The position numbers and the translations under genes were made by a program. From Eledone cirrhosa (lineage: Eukaryota), in assembly GCA_964016885.1 (NCBI GenBank), contig OZ024742.1, forward strand, positions 240,374,001 to 240,438,000: a stretch of 64,000 nucleotides of DNA, written 5' to 3'. How positions within the stretch are numbered: the first letter of the stretch is position 1; every line of letters starts with the position of its first letter. A model generated the notes under the pieces. It did not search any database. It saw nothing but the letters and a program-made list of their open reading frames with translations, and was not told the DNA's origin. This document shows positions 39,590-51,246 of this stretch, in pieces.

Positions 39590-40110
39590 TTGTACACAGG
39601 CATCATACAGTCTACTCTTCACTCAGAGAGAAAAGCATTTTATTGTTAGCTGCAATAATAGATCTCTAAACTTCTTCCAGCTTGTTCTTATCCTAGCTAT
39701 CACACTTTTGGCGCATTCTCCCCCACTGCTAATTTAATTGCCTAGGTAGCGAAAGCTGTCAACAACTTCTCTGGAGTTCCCCTGGCAGTTGAGGGAATAT
39801 ATTTCTTTGTGCTTACTTCCCCTGTGTATTTGCCACATATAAAGTCTATATTTTCCATTAGCCTACCTGCAATCCTACTACATCTCTTGGGCATCCATAG
39901 TTTATATTGAGTGCTCCTTTCTGACATATCAAACAAGGCCACCTTCCTGATGGTATCACCTTTCTATCTTCTTTAGATTTTCGTCTTTGCTAAATTTACT
40001 TTTAGACCTCTCAATTGTAGGTTCTTCTTCTATGCTTGCAATTTTACTTGTAACTCTCTTACGGATTCAGCTACATGGACAATGTCGTCAACATATAGGA
40101 GCTCCCATGG
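39590..40110 (-). mobile_element. RTE-clade LINE fragment
   Basis: TGTPWELLYVDDIVHVAES and KLWMPKRCSRIAGRL in the ORF track. Confidence 0.82.
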
Positions 40111-42859
40111 AGTGCCAGTAGGGTCTGCATAGGATAGGTTCTCACTGTCCCATTCATTTTCCTCATTCATATATATATATATGTATGTATGTATGGTCTC
40201 GTAACTCCTGATAGAGTCGTAGGGGTGCCGTATTGACATACAGCATTTCTTGGACATTTTAAGTCTGGTGGAGCCCATGTCTCTTCAGGCCTGAGTACAG
40301 TAGATTTCTTCCAGAGAAAAATAGAAAGTGACAGAGAGGAAATGAGAAGAGATATACAGTGGGCTTACAATCATGAGGTTGGGAGTTCAATTCCTAGACC
40401 AGATGGTGTGTTATGTCCTTGAGGAAAACGCTTTATTTTACATTGCTCCAGTTCAGTCAGCTCTGTAGAAATGGGTTGCGATGTCACTAGTGCCAAGCTG
40501 TGCTGGCCTTTTCCTTTCCATTGGACAACATCTGTGGCATAGAGAGGGGAGACTGCTGGTCTTCCACAAAAACACCTTACCTGGGCTTGTGCCTCAGAGG
40601 GGAACTTTCTAGATACAAAACCCATGGTCATTAGTGTCCGAAAGGTCTTTACTCTCTTTTTTTATATATATATTCTTTTACAAATCTTGTACATGTTTTA
40701 TGTGTCTCTTTCAGTGTACTGATTGCAATTAATGTGTAGATCACCAACACTTAAAGAGGTTGTCATGCCCTTGATACAAGTAGAGTCATCGTGGTCCTTT
40801 TTTGGTATGGTTTCAACAGCTGGATGGCCTTCCTGTCATCAACCACCTTACATGTTGTAGTGGGAATATTTTTTGTGGTACCAGCATTAGAGTGATCATG
40901 TCATGACTGGAGGATCCTCTCAACCCTTTAGGCATGATTTCTATAGCTGGAAGCCCTTCCTAACACCAACCACTTTACAGTGGGCGGAGTGCGTTTTATC
41001 ATAGCACCACTTCTATGGAAGTTGTTGGAAATAGAAATGACTGAAAGCTCTCTCTACCCTGTGTGGGGTATGATGGAACAAATAAGATGATAAATATAAC
41101 TTGGGTGACTTTTTTACAACCACCTGTCCACCAGTAGAGTTACTATAAGCATTTGAACCACATTAACAAGACATTCATGAAAAGTATGTACAAGACACGA
41201 CTATGACTGTATCACATTAAATATTAATCTTTACTCTGATACTGCAAATCATCATCATCATCATCGATTAACGTCCACTTTCCACGCTAGCATGGGTTAG
41301 ACGGGTCCTATTTTGAAGCAAGTTGTGTCAGTTGACCGTGTCTCGATCAAATAGGGGTGTTTCTGGCTGGTTTTATATGGCTGGATGCTCTTCCTAACGC
41401 CAACCACATTTACATGAACAATCTGTTCAGTAAAGATATTGTAAACATTTGAATCAACAAACGCATTTTTCGATATTTTTTGCTAAATCATGATGTTCAA
41501 GATGTTAAGAGTTAATTTACACCTAATCTAGTGGTTTCGTTGCGTAACCTCAGGTTTTTGTTTGTAACATGGTACGGTGCGATTTGAGGGAAATTTGTTT
41601 GTTTGTATCTATCAGGTCGATCAACCACATAGAGGCTTGGGGAGGGGGGGGTCTCTCTACCCCCTTCCTACACTTTTCCCCCTATTGTTTCAACCTTTCA
41701 GCTTATCTGATGTATTAACTTCCAGGGTGTCACGATGTGGGCAGATTTTTGATTAATGGAAATACTTCTTTCTAACATTTACACAAGGCCAGAAATTTGA
41801 AGGAGGGTAAAGTCGATTACGTCGAAAACACCCTCTAACAATTTTATAAAGCCACCACCATCTGTTAGGATAAAAACTCAGAACGTAAAGGGCCGTAACT
41901 CTGTACTGCAAAGCATGTCCGACGCTCTACTGATACTGCCAATCCACCACTAATTTCAAATAAAATTATCATTATTTCTTTATTAGATACAAGGACTTGT
42001 AATACAATAACCGTTATAAACATATCGGTTGCAACACATATGGCACTGGGCTAAGTTATATATCCCTAGTATGGTACAAGGACATTTCTACAGTACATGA
42101 ATTAAAATTAGATAAAATATGAAATAAGTATAAAACTATAATTTTAGTGAAGCTATATGTTTAATAATGTTGACAACAAACTGATTTGTTGGATTGGTAT
42201 TTAATGAGTGATAAACATTGACAGACGTAAGAAAGAAAATGCTCTATAAAACTATTATAAAACACAATAATTAACACAAAATATGATATAACACTGATAA
42301 AATAAAGTACCAGTAATGCACTGAGTATTCGCTGGTCTTGTGCCAAAAAGTAGAAACAATTATGATAATAATATGGAGATTTGGGCAGAGTCGTTAGGGT
42401 TTCGGAATAAAATGCCTCTGAGATTAAATCTTGTCGAATTCAACTTTACTTTTCATCTTTTTGAAGTCGACAAAGTGTCAGTTCAGTACTGGGAGCCATT
42501 ATTTATCTTTTTCTTTCCATGGAAGAAATAGTGTGTTCCACCTGGAGATCTATGGGTTAGGCCAGGTATAAAATGTCCTAGATACGACGAGTCAGCACGG
42601 CACCCCTACAACTTTAATAGAAGTCAAGGGCTTTTAACCGTTTATACTATATACAAGCCTTGTATAAATACATCTCCAAATTCAAATAGGTATGCTTGGT
42701 TTAGTTTACTTTAATACCTACCTAATTAATACCAATATTGATACTTTCCTTCAAAAACATATCTACTAATAAAACATATTTATAGGTAATATACGCGGGG
42801 AAAACATTTTTAAAAATACGGCGACAGTTTTGAGCTATTTTGATTCTAGAACAATCTTA

Positions 42860-43317
42860 GGCGATATCCAATTTTAGCGGCCTAAATGCCGCTTACTTGC
42901 TGTAGTTGCTGCTTACTTCAATGTATGAGGCTATTCCAACAAATTTACATTCCCCTTTTTTTAGCCGTTAAAAGAAATATAAATTTATTTATTGTTTTTT
43001 TTTTGCGATTTATTTGCCACTGGGGCATAGATTTCTTTATTTGCCACGTTTTTGTTTGTTTGTTTTTTTGCGATTTATTAGCCTTTTGGGGTCACACACA
43101 CCCCCGTAGAAAGTGTGCGACCTTTCTGCCAGGGAGCACAGAGAGAGGGGGTGCTCCCTTCTTCTCTTACCTGTACAAACCATTTGTTGGCCGGCGACAT
43201 ATCCCCACAGTTTCCTCGTTCTGGGAATGTAAATTTGTTGGAATAGCCTCATACATTGAAGTAAGCAGCAACTACAGCAAGTAAGCGGCATTTAGGCCGC
43301 TAAAATTGGATATCGCC
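42860..43317. mobile_element. Merlin-type MITE, 458 bp, perfect 95-bp TIRs, 8-bp TSD CAATCTTA
   Basis: 42860-42954 is the exact reverse complement of 43223-43317. Termini GGCGATATCC...GGATATCGCC. CAATCTTA at 42852-42859 and 43318-43325. GGNRM termini with an 8-bp TSD are characteristic of Merlin. Confidence 0.88.
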
Positions 43318-43833
43318 CAATCTTAATTATTCTCTTTCAATAAAAATCTATTGAATACTACTATTACACCCACTCCTTTTTATTTTCAAAATAAGGGCGC
43401 ATCTTATATCTCGAGAAAATATGGCACCTTGACTGATTATTTTATCATACAGTTGACCCCTGGTTGTGAAGTTCTAAATCTAATTTTGAGCAGTAAGTTT
43501 ACATTTTGTATCAAATACTACAGGTATTTACATGGTAAGCTTAAAACAATAAAAAAGATGTTTAAAATAGCCATTTCAAATGCTTCTCAGGCTCAAAGAA
43601 TATCAAACACTGGGTCATGGCATATGCCTCTAAGATTTGTGTAGTTCTAAAATTTCCTTAAAATAAACCCTGCGTAAAAACAACAACAACAACTAATTAC
43701 ATGGAATAGATGTGAGTGAAAACATAAAAGAAATACAGCAACTATGGGTAGTAGAGTGGGTAATATGAAAATTTCGAGACCCCGATGGCTGAGCTCCTGC
43801 CGTTTCAACACCCATCGCGGTCCCGAATATTTC

Positions 43834-43877
<44 letters not shown>

Positions 43878-44104
43878 TATAATAAACAACACAATATAAT
43901 TATTCCATTACCAAAGGTTTCAGGAAACTAGACGATCCTTACAGAAAAATCCGGCTCGTTCATCAGCTCAACCATCTCTGTAACAGTTGCGAAATGCAGA
44001 CACTTCTCAGAGATAACGAGTCTCGTATGTTGTCAATGAGAAAAAATAACAGCAAAATGTTTCTTATATCAGACACTCCATCGTCTTTAAAACAACGAAT
44101 GAGT

Positions 44105-44135
<31 letters not shown>

Positions 44136-44891
44136 GGGCATTGGCTAATGTAGATACGCAATACAATGCCCGAAAAAAGGACGAGATGACTGGATCGCCT
44201 CTAATTGGATAAACAACGAATGATCTTCAACAATTATTTTAACTGGAAGCAAATGTTCAAGGGTTCATAAAGCAAATAGGAATCTAAATAAACTATGGGA
44301 ACACATCAAGTCTATGGAAGATGCCGACGATGAAAATGGAGATACTTCAGATAAAGATATGGGTTCTAGTCACTCCTCTGATGACAGGGAAAGCATTAAT
44401 GAGGACTCTGATAATGATGTTTGAAAATAAATCCGAATTTTCTTTTCTTTTACCTTATTTTTCTAGCAAATGGTCAAAATATTGTATCATTTCTTGATCT
44501 CACCTTCGCCATAATTGTATTATCAAAAATTCCTTCGGTTTTAGGCTTGTCATGCAACACCAGAGCCTGTGTTTTTTAAACAAGTTTCATTAGTATCTAC
44601 TAAGCTGTCGTTGACTATTAACAAAGTCCCTACAGAAACACCCAACAAATAAGTACATAATAACGTAGTCCACTTTAATAAAGCCCAAGAAACAATTGAT
44701 ACACATATCATTGATACCCACATGAACTATACTGTAACAATCGCATCACCTGCGGATTAAGCTTGTAGGGGACCACTAATCACGTCACCTTTGATGATCT
44801 TACATTACAATTTCACTTAAATTACTAATTAAGCTTGCATGGGACCACTGACTGAACATTTTATCATGGACGTATATATTTATTATATATA

Positions 44892-45773
44892 CTAGCAGAA
44901 ACACCACCCGAAGAGTGGTTTTCTGCTAGCAGGTGTACTGTGTATATTGATATTATACGCAAGTATATATGCATGTAGATATGATACATCAAATAAAATC
45001 GTAATTGACAATATACACAGAAATTGAATGAAGACTGTGTTACACTCTCTTATGTAATCAGTAACGTAATCCATGATACATTAAAAAAGACGATATTATA
45101 TATAAACTGCATTAGGATAAAATTAGTGACAGAAATATATGAATATTTATTTAAGCGATCGCTAACCGGAAGTGTTGACATTTGAAAATTTTAAAGAAGG
45201 GAATCTTTAAATAAGTAATAAAATATATTTAATGAACAGCCATGGAATTTAGTAGATAAATTATGTAATATTCATTCATTATTTATTCAAAGATGCCAAT
45301 GGCGGTGGATTGGCAGTATCGGTAGAGGGTCGGACGTCATGCTTTGACGCATAGAGTTACGGCCCTTGCCATTCTGAGTTCAAATCTCGCCGAGGTTAAC
45401 TTTGCCTTTCATCCTTACGGGGTCGATAAAATAAAGTACCAGTAATACACTGGGTAATTGCTGGCCTTGTGCCTAATGTAGAAATAATTATTTATTCAAA
45501 GATGGTGGATTGGCAGTATCGGTAGAGGGTCGGACACCATGCTTTCAAGCATAGTTACGTCCCTTTACGATCTGAGTTCAAATCCCACCGAGGTTGACTT
45601 TGCCTTTCATCCTTACGGGGTCGATAAAATAAAGTACCAGTAATGCACTGGGTAATTGCTGGCCTTGTGCCTAAAGTAGAAACAATTATTTATTCAAAGT
45701 AATCCAACTTATTTTACTAATGGGATAAAAAATTATAAACCGTACGCAGTCCCGCGCTTTATTATAGTTTAGA
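44892..45773 (-). mobile_element. Non-autonomous Helitron-like element, copy 2, carrying two tandem SINEs (~45293-45700)
   Basis: Minus strand starts A|TCTAAACTATAATAAA and ends CTAG|T. Terminal hairpin ctagcagaaacaccac...gtggttttctgctag. Confidence 0.75.
45293..45700 (+). mobile_element. Two head-to-tail tRNA-derived SINEs (family with central gcctttcatccttacggggtcgataaaataaagtaccag, Meta-domain-like)
   Basis: A box tggcagtatcggtag and B box gagttcaaatc. Many relatives, e.g. 16985-17210, 29785-30600, 38095-38282(-), 38663-38850 and 41785-41950(-). Confidence 0.85.
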
Positions 45774-46009
45774 TTTTTGGTAACCAAAAAATATATTCAA
45801 GGCCCTTTTAAATATTTCAGAGTATACGGCTACAGCCCAGTTATACACCTACCTGATGCTCTGTCGATATCTAAGGTCGTAAGGTCTTGATTTCGATTGC
45901 CGACGGTGCGATGTGTTGGCAATCAAACTCAAGACCTTACGACGTTAAGCCAATCGCCTTAACAACTACACCAGGCGAGAGTTTTGTAGAGAGTAAACTA
46001 AATATCGCG

Positions 46010-46265
46010 TGAAGGTGTGTGGCTTTGTGGTTAGGGCATTCGGCTCATGATCGTAAGGTTGTGAGTTCGATTCCCGGCGGCGCGTTGCTCCAATTTATTA
46101 ATTTATTTAGCTGGCAAAAATGAGTTGTACATGTAATTCAAAAGGCTAGCCTTGTCACATTCTGTGTCTCTCTGAGAACTACGTTAAGGGTATGCGTATC
46201 TGTGGAATACTCAGCCACTTGCACATTAATTTCTTGATCAATCTGTTCCGTTGACCGTATCAACG
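46010..46265 (+). mobile_element. tRNA-derived SINE, second family (CORE/V-like central region)
   Basis: gtggctttgtggttaggg A box and gagttcgattcc B box. Relatives at 14040-14350(-), 18070-18245, 31260-31530, 35478-35790(-), 40360-40640, 56490-56660(-) and 60360-60610(-) have alternative 3' tails. Confidence 0.8.
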
Positions 46266-46559
46266 TGTGTGTGTAAAACAGTAATCAGAAATAGATAAGC
46301 AAACGACACTGTGCATTGAAAAAATATATTAGTTTAACGCTTGAAATAACAGGAAAAGAGTTGTAACGTTTCGGGCACTAGTCCTTCACCAGAAAATAGA
46401 ATTAGAAATAATACACACACACACATATATATATATATATTAAAATTTTCTCCTCTTTATATGCACTGACACAAAAACTTACGTAACTACACATATATTT
46501 GCGCGAATACATAAACATAGACATAAACAAACACCATAACACAGATATTCAACAAATTT

Positions 46560-47170
46560 TTCGTCCACGAGTTCGGCCTGCACCCACTATCTTGCCGCTA
46601 GAGCGCAGGTCGGTTCCCCCGACATGCTGCTCTCAGCGACATAATGAGAAGGAGCCTCGACTAAGCCGGCTTCCCCTCACAACTGGAGCCAGCAGGCCCT
46701 GACCGTCGAGACGGCAAGCGCCCCTAAGGAGGTAAATCCCTCACCTGGGACGCAACATGCCGTGATATGTTCTCCGCCTCGGTCACAAACCGTGGTACGC
46801 AATGCAGAGGACAGGAAAACAAGCAAATACCGGGGTTTTTTCGAATGCTTCCTCTTTGCAACGGTCGCCCTCGAAACCTCAGACGTCGTCGGACACCGGA
46901 TAGCTGACCTCTTCCGTAAAATCGGATCGATATCAGCCCGTCTGAGGAAGGAGCCCCGCGAGGTGAGGTGGATGTTGTAGCGGAAATGCCTTTACCATTT
47001 TGTCCAAGGGGCGCAGTCGAAACACCGCTCTGACTTAGGTGTAGAGTCTGTCACCCTCTTTCTTTATTCTTTTGTCCTTGCTCCTCGCTTTCCCTCTCAT
47101 TTATAGTCCTTTCTAATACTTCTTTCTTTTATTTAAATTGTACTTATTCAATATTGAAATAAAATTTTAC
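46560..47170 (+). mobile_element. CRE-like (restriction-like endonuclease) non-LTR retrotransposon 3' fragment
   Basis: Relics TWDATC and RNAEDRKTSKY...TVALETSDVVG...IGSISARLRKEPREVRWML, followed by a T-rich 3' tail. Confidence 0.72.
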
Positions 47171-47699
47171 GCTTTTTCTTTAATAAAACATGTTAACACT
47201 CAAAATTATATATCATACTTACGCGCAATCACACACACACATACACATATATCATGCTTTCACATAACTTACATAAAGCGGCTGTGATACACACACACAC
47301 ATAACGTAGATATACTTAGCACAACTTTCTTAAATATACACACATAAATCATTACGCATACATACTTAGTAAAACATTCTTACATAACACACACACATAG
47401 ATATACTTACACATAACACATACATAAACCGACAGTAATATACACACACAAACCGACACACGTACATATATTGTAACGTACAAATACTTAGCAAAATATT
47501 CTTACATAAACACACTGATATACTTACAATCACACACATGCTTACAGACACACACGAACAGACAAACACATGCATACAGAGACACAAACAGACAGACACA
47601 TGCATACAGACACAAACAGACAGACACATAGACGAAACGTGTTTGAATGGCTGTAAGTGTAAATACACACAGCAAAAGATAACGATGAATGATAAATGA

Positions 47700-48165
47700 C
47701 AATGACGACGACGATGATGATGATAGTGGTGGTTGTTAGTTATGGTGGTGACTGTGGTGGTTGTGATGGTGATGACTTGTGGATGTGATGTTGGTGACTT
47801 GTGGATGTGATGTTGGTGACTTGTGGTTGTGATGGTGGTGTTGGTGTTGGTGTTGGTTATGGTGGTGATTGTGTTAGTAGTATTAGTGGTGGTGGTACTG
47901 GAGATGGTGATTGTAGTGGTGTTGAATAAAGTAGAGTTAGTAGTGGTGGCGTTTGTGTTGGTATTAGTGGAGGTGTTGGTTGTAATGGCGGTGGTGTTAA
48001 TGGTCGTTTGTTGGTGTCTGTGATGGTATCAGTAGTGGTGGTGGTGATTGTGGTAGTGATGGTGTTAGAAGTGGTGGTTTGCTGGTGTTGGTTATGGTGA
48101 TGATTGTGGTGGTGTTTGTGGTGGTATTAGTAGCGATGACATTGTGGTGGTGTTGGTGATGCTTG
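47700..48165. repeat. Degenerate (GGT/GAT)n low-complexity tract
   Basis: Directly visible. Preceded by an (AC)-rich tract at 47200-47640. Confidence 0.9.
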
Positions 48166-48589
48166 CGATTTTTAACGATGCACAATTATTAACACTAAAT
48201 AAATATATGTTATTATATTCATAAGTATTTTGTCTCGTTGCGAAATTAGGCCAACGATAGCATTTTGGGCAGTTAGGGCTGAGAATCGAACCGGCCGGCA
48301 AACATTCTGTTGCTTGTGATTTCAATCAAACTGTATGCCGGTATTTCGCTATATCTCAGCGTGGAGCACTATGTTCAGCAAATTCCTATAAGCCTTCTCT
48401 ATATTGAAGTGAAAGTAAAATCAGCCGATCAAATGTACGGGATGTGTTGAGTAAACGAATATAACTAGAGAAGTGAATGGAAACAAAAGCGTAAAAGATG
48501 TAGTTAACTTTTTTGTAGGTATATATCCATATATATTTTATTCACAATTGTATAATATAACAAATAAAAAAGAGAAAAGGAAAAGGAAA

Positions 48590-48905
48590 AAAAAGGAAAC
48601 GCACAAGGAAGTGATACACACATCTTTGACTACATACATCAAAAGAAAAGCAAAAGGGGTGGACAAATGAACCCTGCCAGAACAAAAGATAACGAAATCG
48701 CGAGGAGCACTGGGAAACCTCTCTAATAATTTTTGAGGCAAGCTAGCACGCTCGCAGCATAACCTCGGGTGATGGCGAGGCTGATGCGTTGGAACAGCCA
48801 AGCGCCTTCACGAGCATCACCAGTGACTTCTGTTAGGCGAGCCGCCAGTGATGACAAGAATCTCGCAGTTAGCGGCCCAACTCCCCCAAACGTCTCGAAC
48901 GTCAC
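48590..48905 (-). mobile_element. CRE-like non-LTR retrotransposon 3' fragment
   Basis: FETFGGVGPLTARFLSSLAARLTEVTGDAREGAWLFQRISLAITRGYAASVL, a typical ET.G...WLFQR.S.A..RG C-terminus. Confidence 0.78.
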
Positions 48906-50099
48906 AGTTAACTACAAATGTAAAACATTTTTTATGTAAGAAATAATATAAATATATAAATAAAAAAATAAACATACGCACACACAGGGGAGTTTGGACA
49001 GATAGATCATATCAGAAATGGAAAGACCAATGAAAACATTGCTTCCTTGGTCCGATTTCACGAGTTCCACCCCACTGGGTAACCGAATGAAGTATGGGAA
49101 CTTGTTGATCGATATATATGATTCTGCGAGTGCGCAGGTGAAACTCCAGAGTAAGTAACAAAGCTCACTGCCTAGATACAATAAATGAATATTTAAACTC
49201 GACTTCGGTATTGGGTACTTTTTCTCACGTCCATCAGTAATACAGGTATATGGTGAAACGGCTCGAATATCTACCTCATCAATGTATATATACATAACAC
49301 AAAAGTAACTGTATAACTACATCTTATTTTCCTCTCCCCACTTTCTCTCTCTATATATATTTTGTAATTATGGACTATTAACACGTTGGATACGATCATT
49401 TTCATTGGATTTCACTTTCACTTCAATATAGGATTTATCGCTGATGGAAAATTGCTTCCTATTCATGTGTCGAGGAAAAAAATTTTTACGCGCTCAACGC
49501 CAAAGAAATCAGGATTACAGAGTTGTCCAGAGTTAAAACGGCTATCTCATGATTTGTGAGTTCAAATCCATGGCAGACGTTTTGTTCGTATGACAATTCA
49601 CTTAAAATACAGAGGAATAAACAGAAAAATACTTTTAAGGAAGTTAGCCCAGTTTGATGATTCGCCAGCGTCTCATTCATAAAACATTATAGAAATAGGA
49701 GTGGGGAAAAAAACAAAAATTTGTAAATAAATCATGACTTAAAGAAATAATAAAATATGATAAAATGAAATATAAAACTAAAACACAAAAACAGTAAAAA
49801 GAAAAGAAAGCGATATATATATATAGAAATGTGTGTAAGTATGTATGCATGCGCTTCTAATCTATTGTAAAATTGTATTCATTGAGTAATCAACGAACCA
49901 CACCAATCTTTGGTCATGTATATATGTATATATATATGAAGTAAAGACATGCTTATAGATGCATAGGAGAAAATGAAATGATTTAAGAAAGTTAAACAAT
50001 TTTAGAGGTGAGCTACTGAGGGGTGAAGAGTGGCAGTAGGAGGTGAACAATTGAGGAGTGTTGTCAGAGGTAGGAATAGAAGGTGGAGGAGGGGTAGTG

Positions 50100-50475
50100 A
50101 ACATTTGAGTATGTAGATGTAACGTGTGAAGAGAGAAAGAGACATACATAGAGAGTGGGAATAAAATAGATAGCATAAAAGACTACGATAGAGATAGAAA
50201 CATAGTATAAGAGCGGGTGGGATAGATAGCGTAAGTGACAGAAATATAGTATAACAATGAGCGAGGGATCATGAACGCGAATAAGAGGAATAAATATAGG
50301 AGAGACACAGAATATGACACATGGATAGACACTGAATAACAGAGGAAAAGATATGTTGTGTAAGTGAAAGACAGATAAAAAGAATACGAGAGAGTGGGAG
50401 AGAAAAAGAAGAGGAGTGAGTATAAAATAGAGTGAAAAAAGAGGAAGTGGGGTAGAGTGAGAGGAGAAACGTGGT

Positions 50476-50508
<33 letters not shown>

Positions 50509-51137
50509 TTATAAAGTGAGGGAGGGAAAGAGAATCTTGAGCCTGAGAGAGAGAAAAAGAGACAGTCAGAGAGATAGAGAAGAAGAGATAGGGGTGAATA
50601 TGAAATAGAAAATAGAAATAAGTGGGGTAAAGTGAGAGGAGAGACGTGTAGTAAGATAGAAAGTGAGGGAGGAAAAAGAATCACAGAGTGAGAGAGGGTG
50701 AGTGTGAAATAAAAATATAGAGAAAAAGAAGAGGAAGTGGGGTATAGTGAGAGGAGACACGTGCAGTAACATAGAATGTAAGGGAGAGAAAGAGAAACAA
50801 ATTGATAGCGAGACGGGGTAGAGAAACAGATAGAGAAAGACAGGGAAGGAGGATATACAGATAAAAAGAGGGAGGAAAGGATAGACAGATAAAGAGAGAT
50901 AGAAAGGGGTAAAGATAGAGAGAGGTTGAAAAATAAGAGAAAGCGTAGAAAATCTTGAGAGAAAAGGACGAGAAATGAGTGAGTGTAGAAGGAGGGAGAG
51001 TGCGATAAAGCGAAACAAACACATGAACTGATATAGGAAATATAGAAAAGTTATCATAAATAGAAGAGAAAACAGGAGAAAGTAGATAGAAAGTGAAGTT
51101 AATTAGAGTGGGAGATAAAGAAAAAAAAAGAAAAAAT
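50100..51137. repeat. ~1-kb purine-rich (GA) tract immediately upstream of the RBM46-like gene
   Basis: Strong G/A skew on + with an internal repeat gaggaagtgggg(t)a..gtgagaggaga x3. Confidence 0.85.
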
Positions 51138-51246
51138 ATCTAAATCGGCTGGAGTGGATCTTGTTGCCTTGTCACAAATAGTGACACTCATATTAGAGTT
51201 CACTTAACTAGGAGACCGTGAAAGATATTCATTGTGACTTTGCACC

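Noticed and set aside
42886-43291. Two opposed ORFs with identical N-termini (MPLTCCSCCLLQ...)
   Set aside because: Artefact of the perfect TIRs of the Merlin-type MITE.
45300-45395. tRNA genes suggested by A/B boxes here and in many similar places
   Set aside because: No complete cloverleaf, and each continues into a shared SINE body.
47823-48185. Val-rich membrane-like and Thr-rich mucin-like ORFs
   Set aside because: Translations of the degenerate (GGT)n tract.
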